From the NCBI RefSeq assembly GCF_000485595.1, contig NW_014577079.1:671708-691707 (forward strand): a stretch of 20,000 nucleotides of DNA. Direction: 5' to 3'. The position numbers were made by a program, and so were the translations under genes. The notes beneath the pieces were generated by a model, which saw only the letters and a program-made list of their open reading frames with translations, did no database searches and was not told where the DNA came from. Source of the stretch: Priapulus caudatus. Its lineage: Eukaryota. Each line of letters begins with the position of its first letter. The stretch's first letter is position 1. Below are positions 19,873 to 20,000 of the stretch, one piece after another.

Positions 19873-20000
19873 CGGCCCGGATGATCGACCGCGATGATTG
19901 ACCATCGCGTGAGCTTCACAGCACTAACGGGCCGCATCGAACGTTTTCCCCCCGCCCCGTTGGCAGGCCCTGCCTCCTCGCTCGAGGCACCGACACCGCT

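Noticed and set aside
19569..19937. L/S-rich and R/E-rich ORFs
   Set aside because: Translations of the (GA)n low-complexity tract.

Overview
This is animal (invertebrate-type) genomic DNA: AT-rich, CpG not obviously depleted, with TTAGGG-type repeats. It comes from a gapped draft assembly and is made almost entirely of transposon debris; no intact host gene, RNA gene or prokaryotic system is supported. Recognisable coding remnants are (i) a heavily frameshifted C-terminal part of an Academ(X)-type DNA-transposon protein on the minus strand (XPG/FEN-like nuclease motifs plus Cys-rich tail, ~16451-17687) and (ii) the C-terminus of a Helitron Pif1-family helicase with its CTAG 3' end, present twice (9376-9759 and ~17691-18124). 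The Academ and Helitron remnants are joined directly, back to back, at ~17687-17691. Non-coding elements include a nested stack at 8145-10871 (CCC/GGG-terminal element > Kolobok-like TTAA element > HINE-like element plus Helitron end), four clean MITEs with TIRs and target-site duplications, and three related ultra-short palindromes in TA tracts. Two ~0.8-0.9 kb duplications (2096-2906 vs 4141-4993; 9376-10245 vs 17743-18662) each start or stop at an N-gap and differ mainly by small indels. They look like uncorrected long-read gap-filling artefacts, so frameshifts and junctions in those stretches need read-level confirmation. Family assignments come from motif recall, not database searches.
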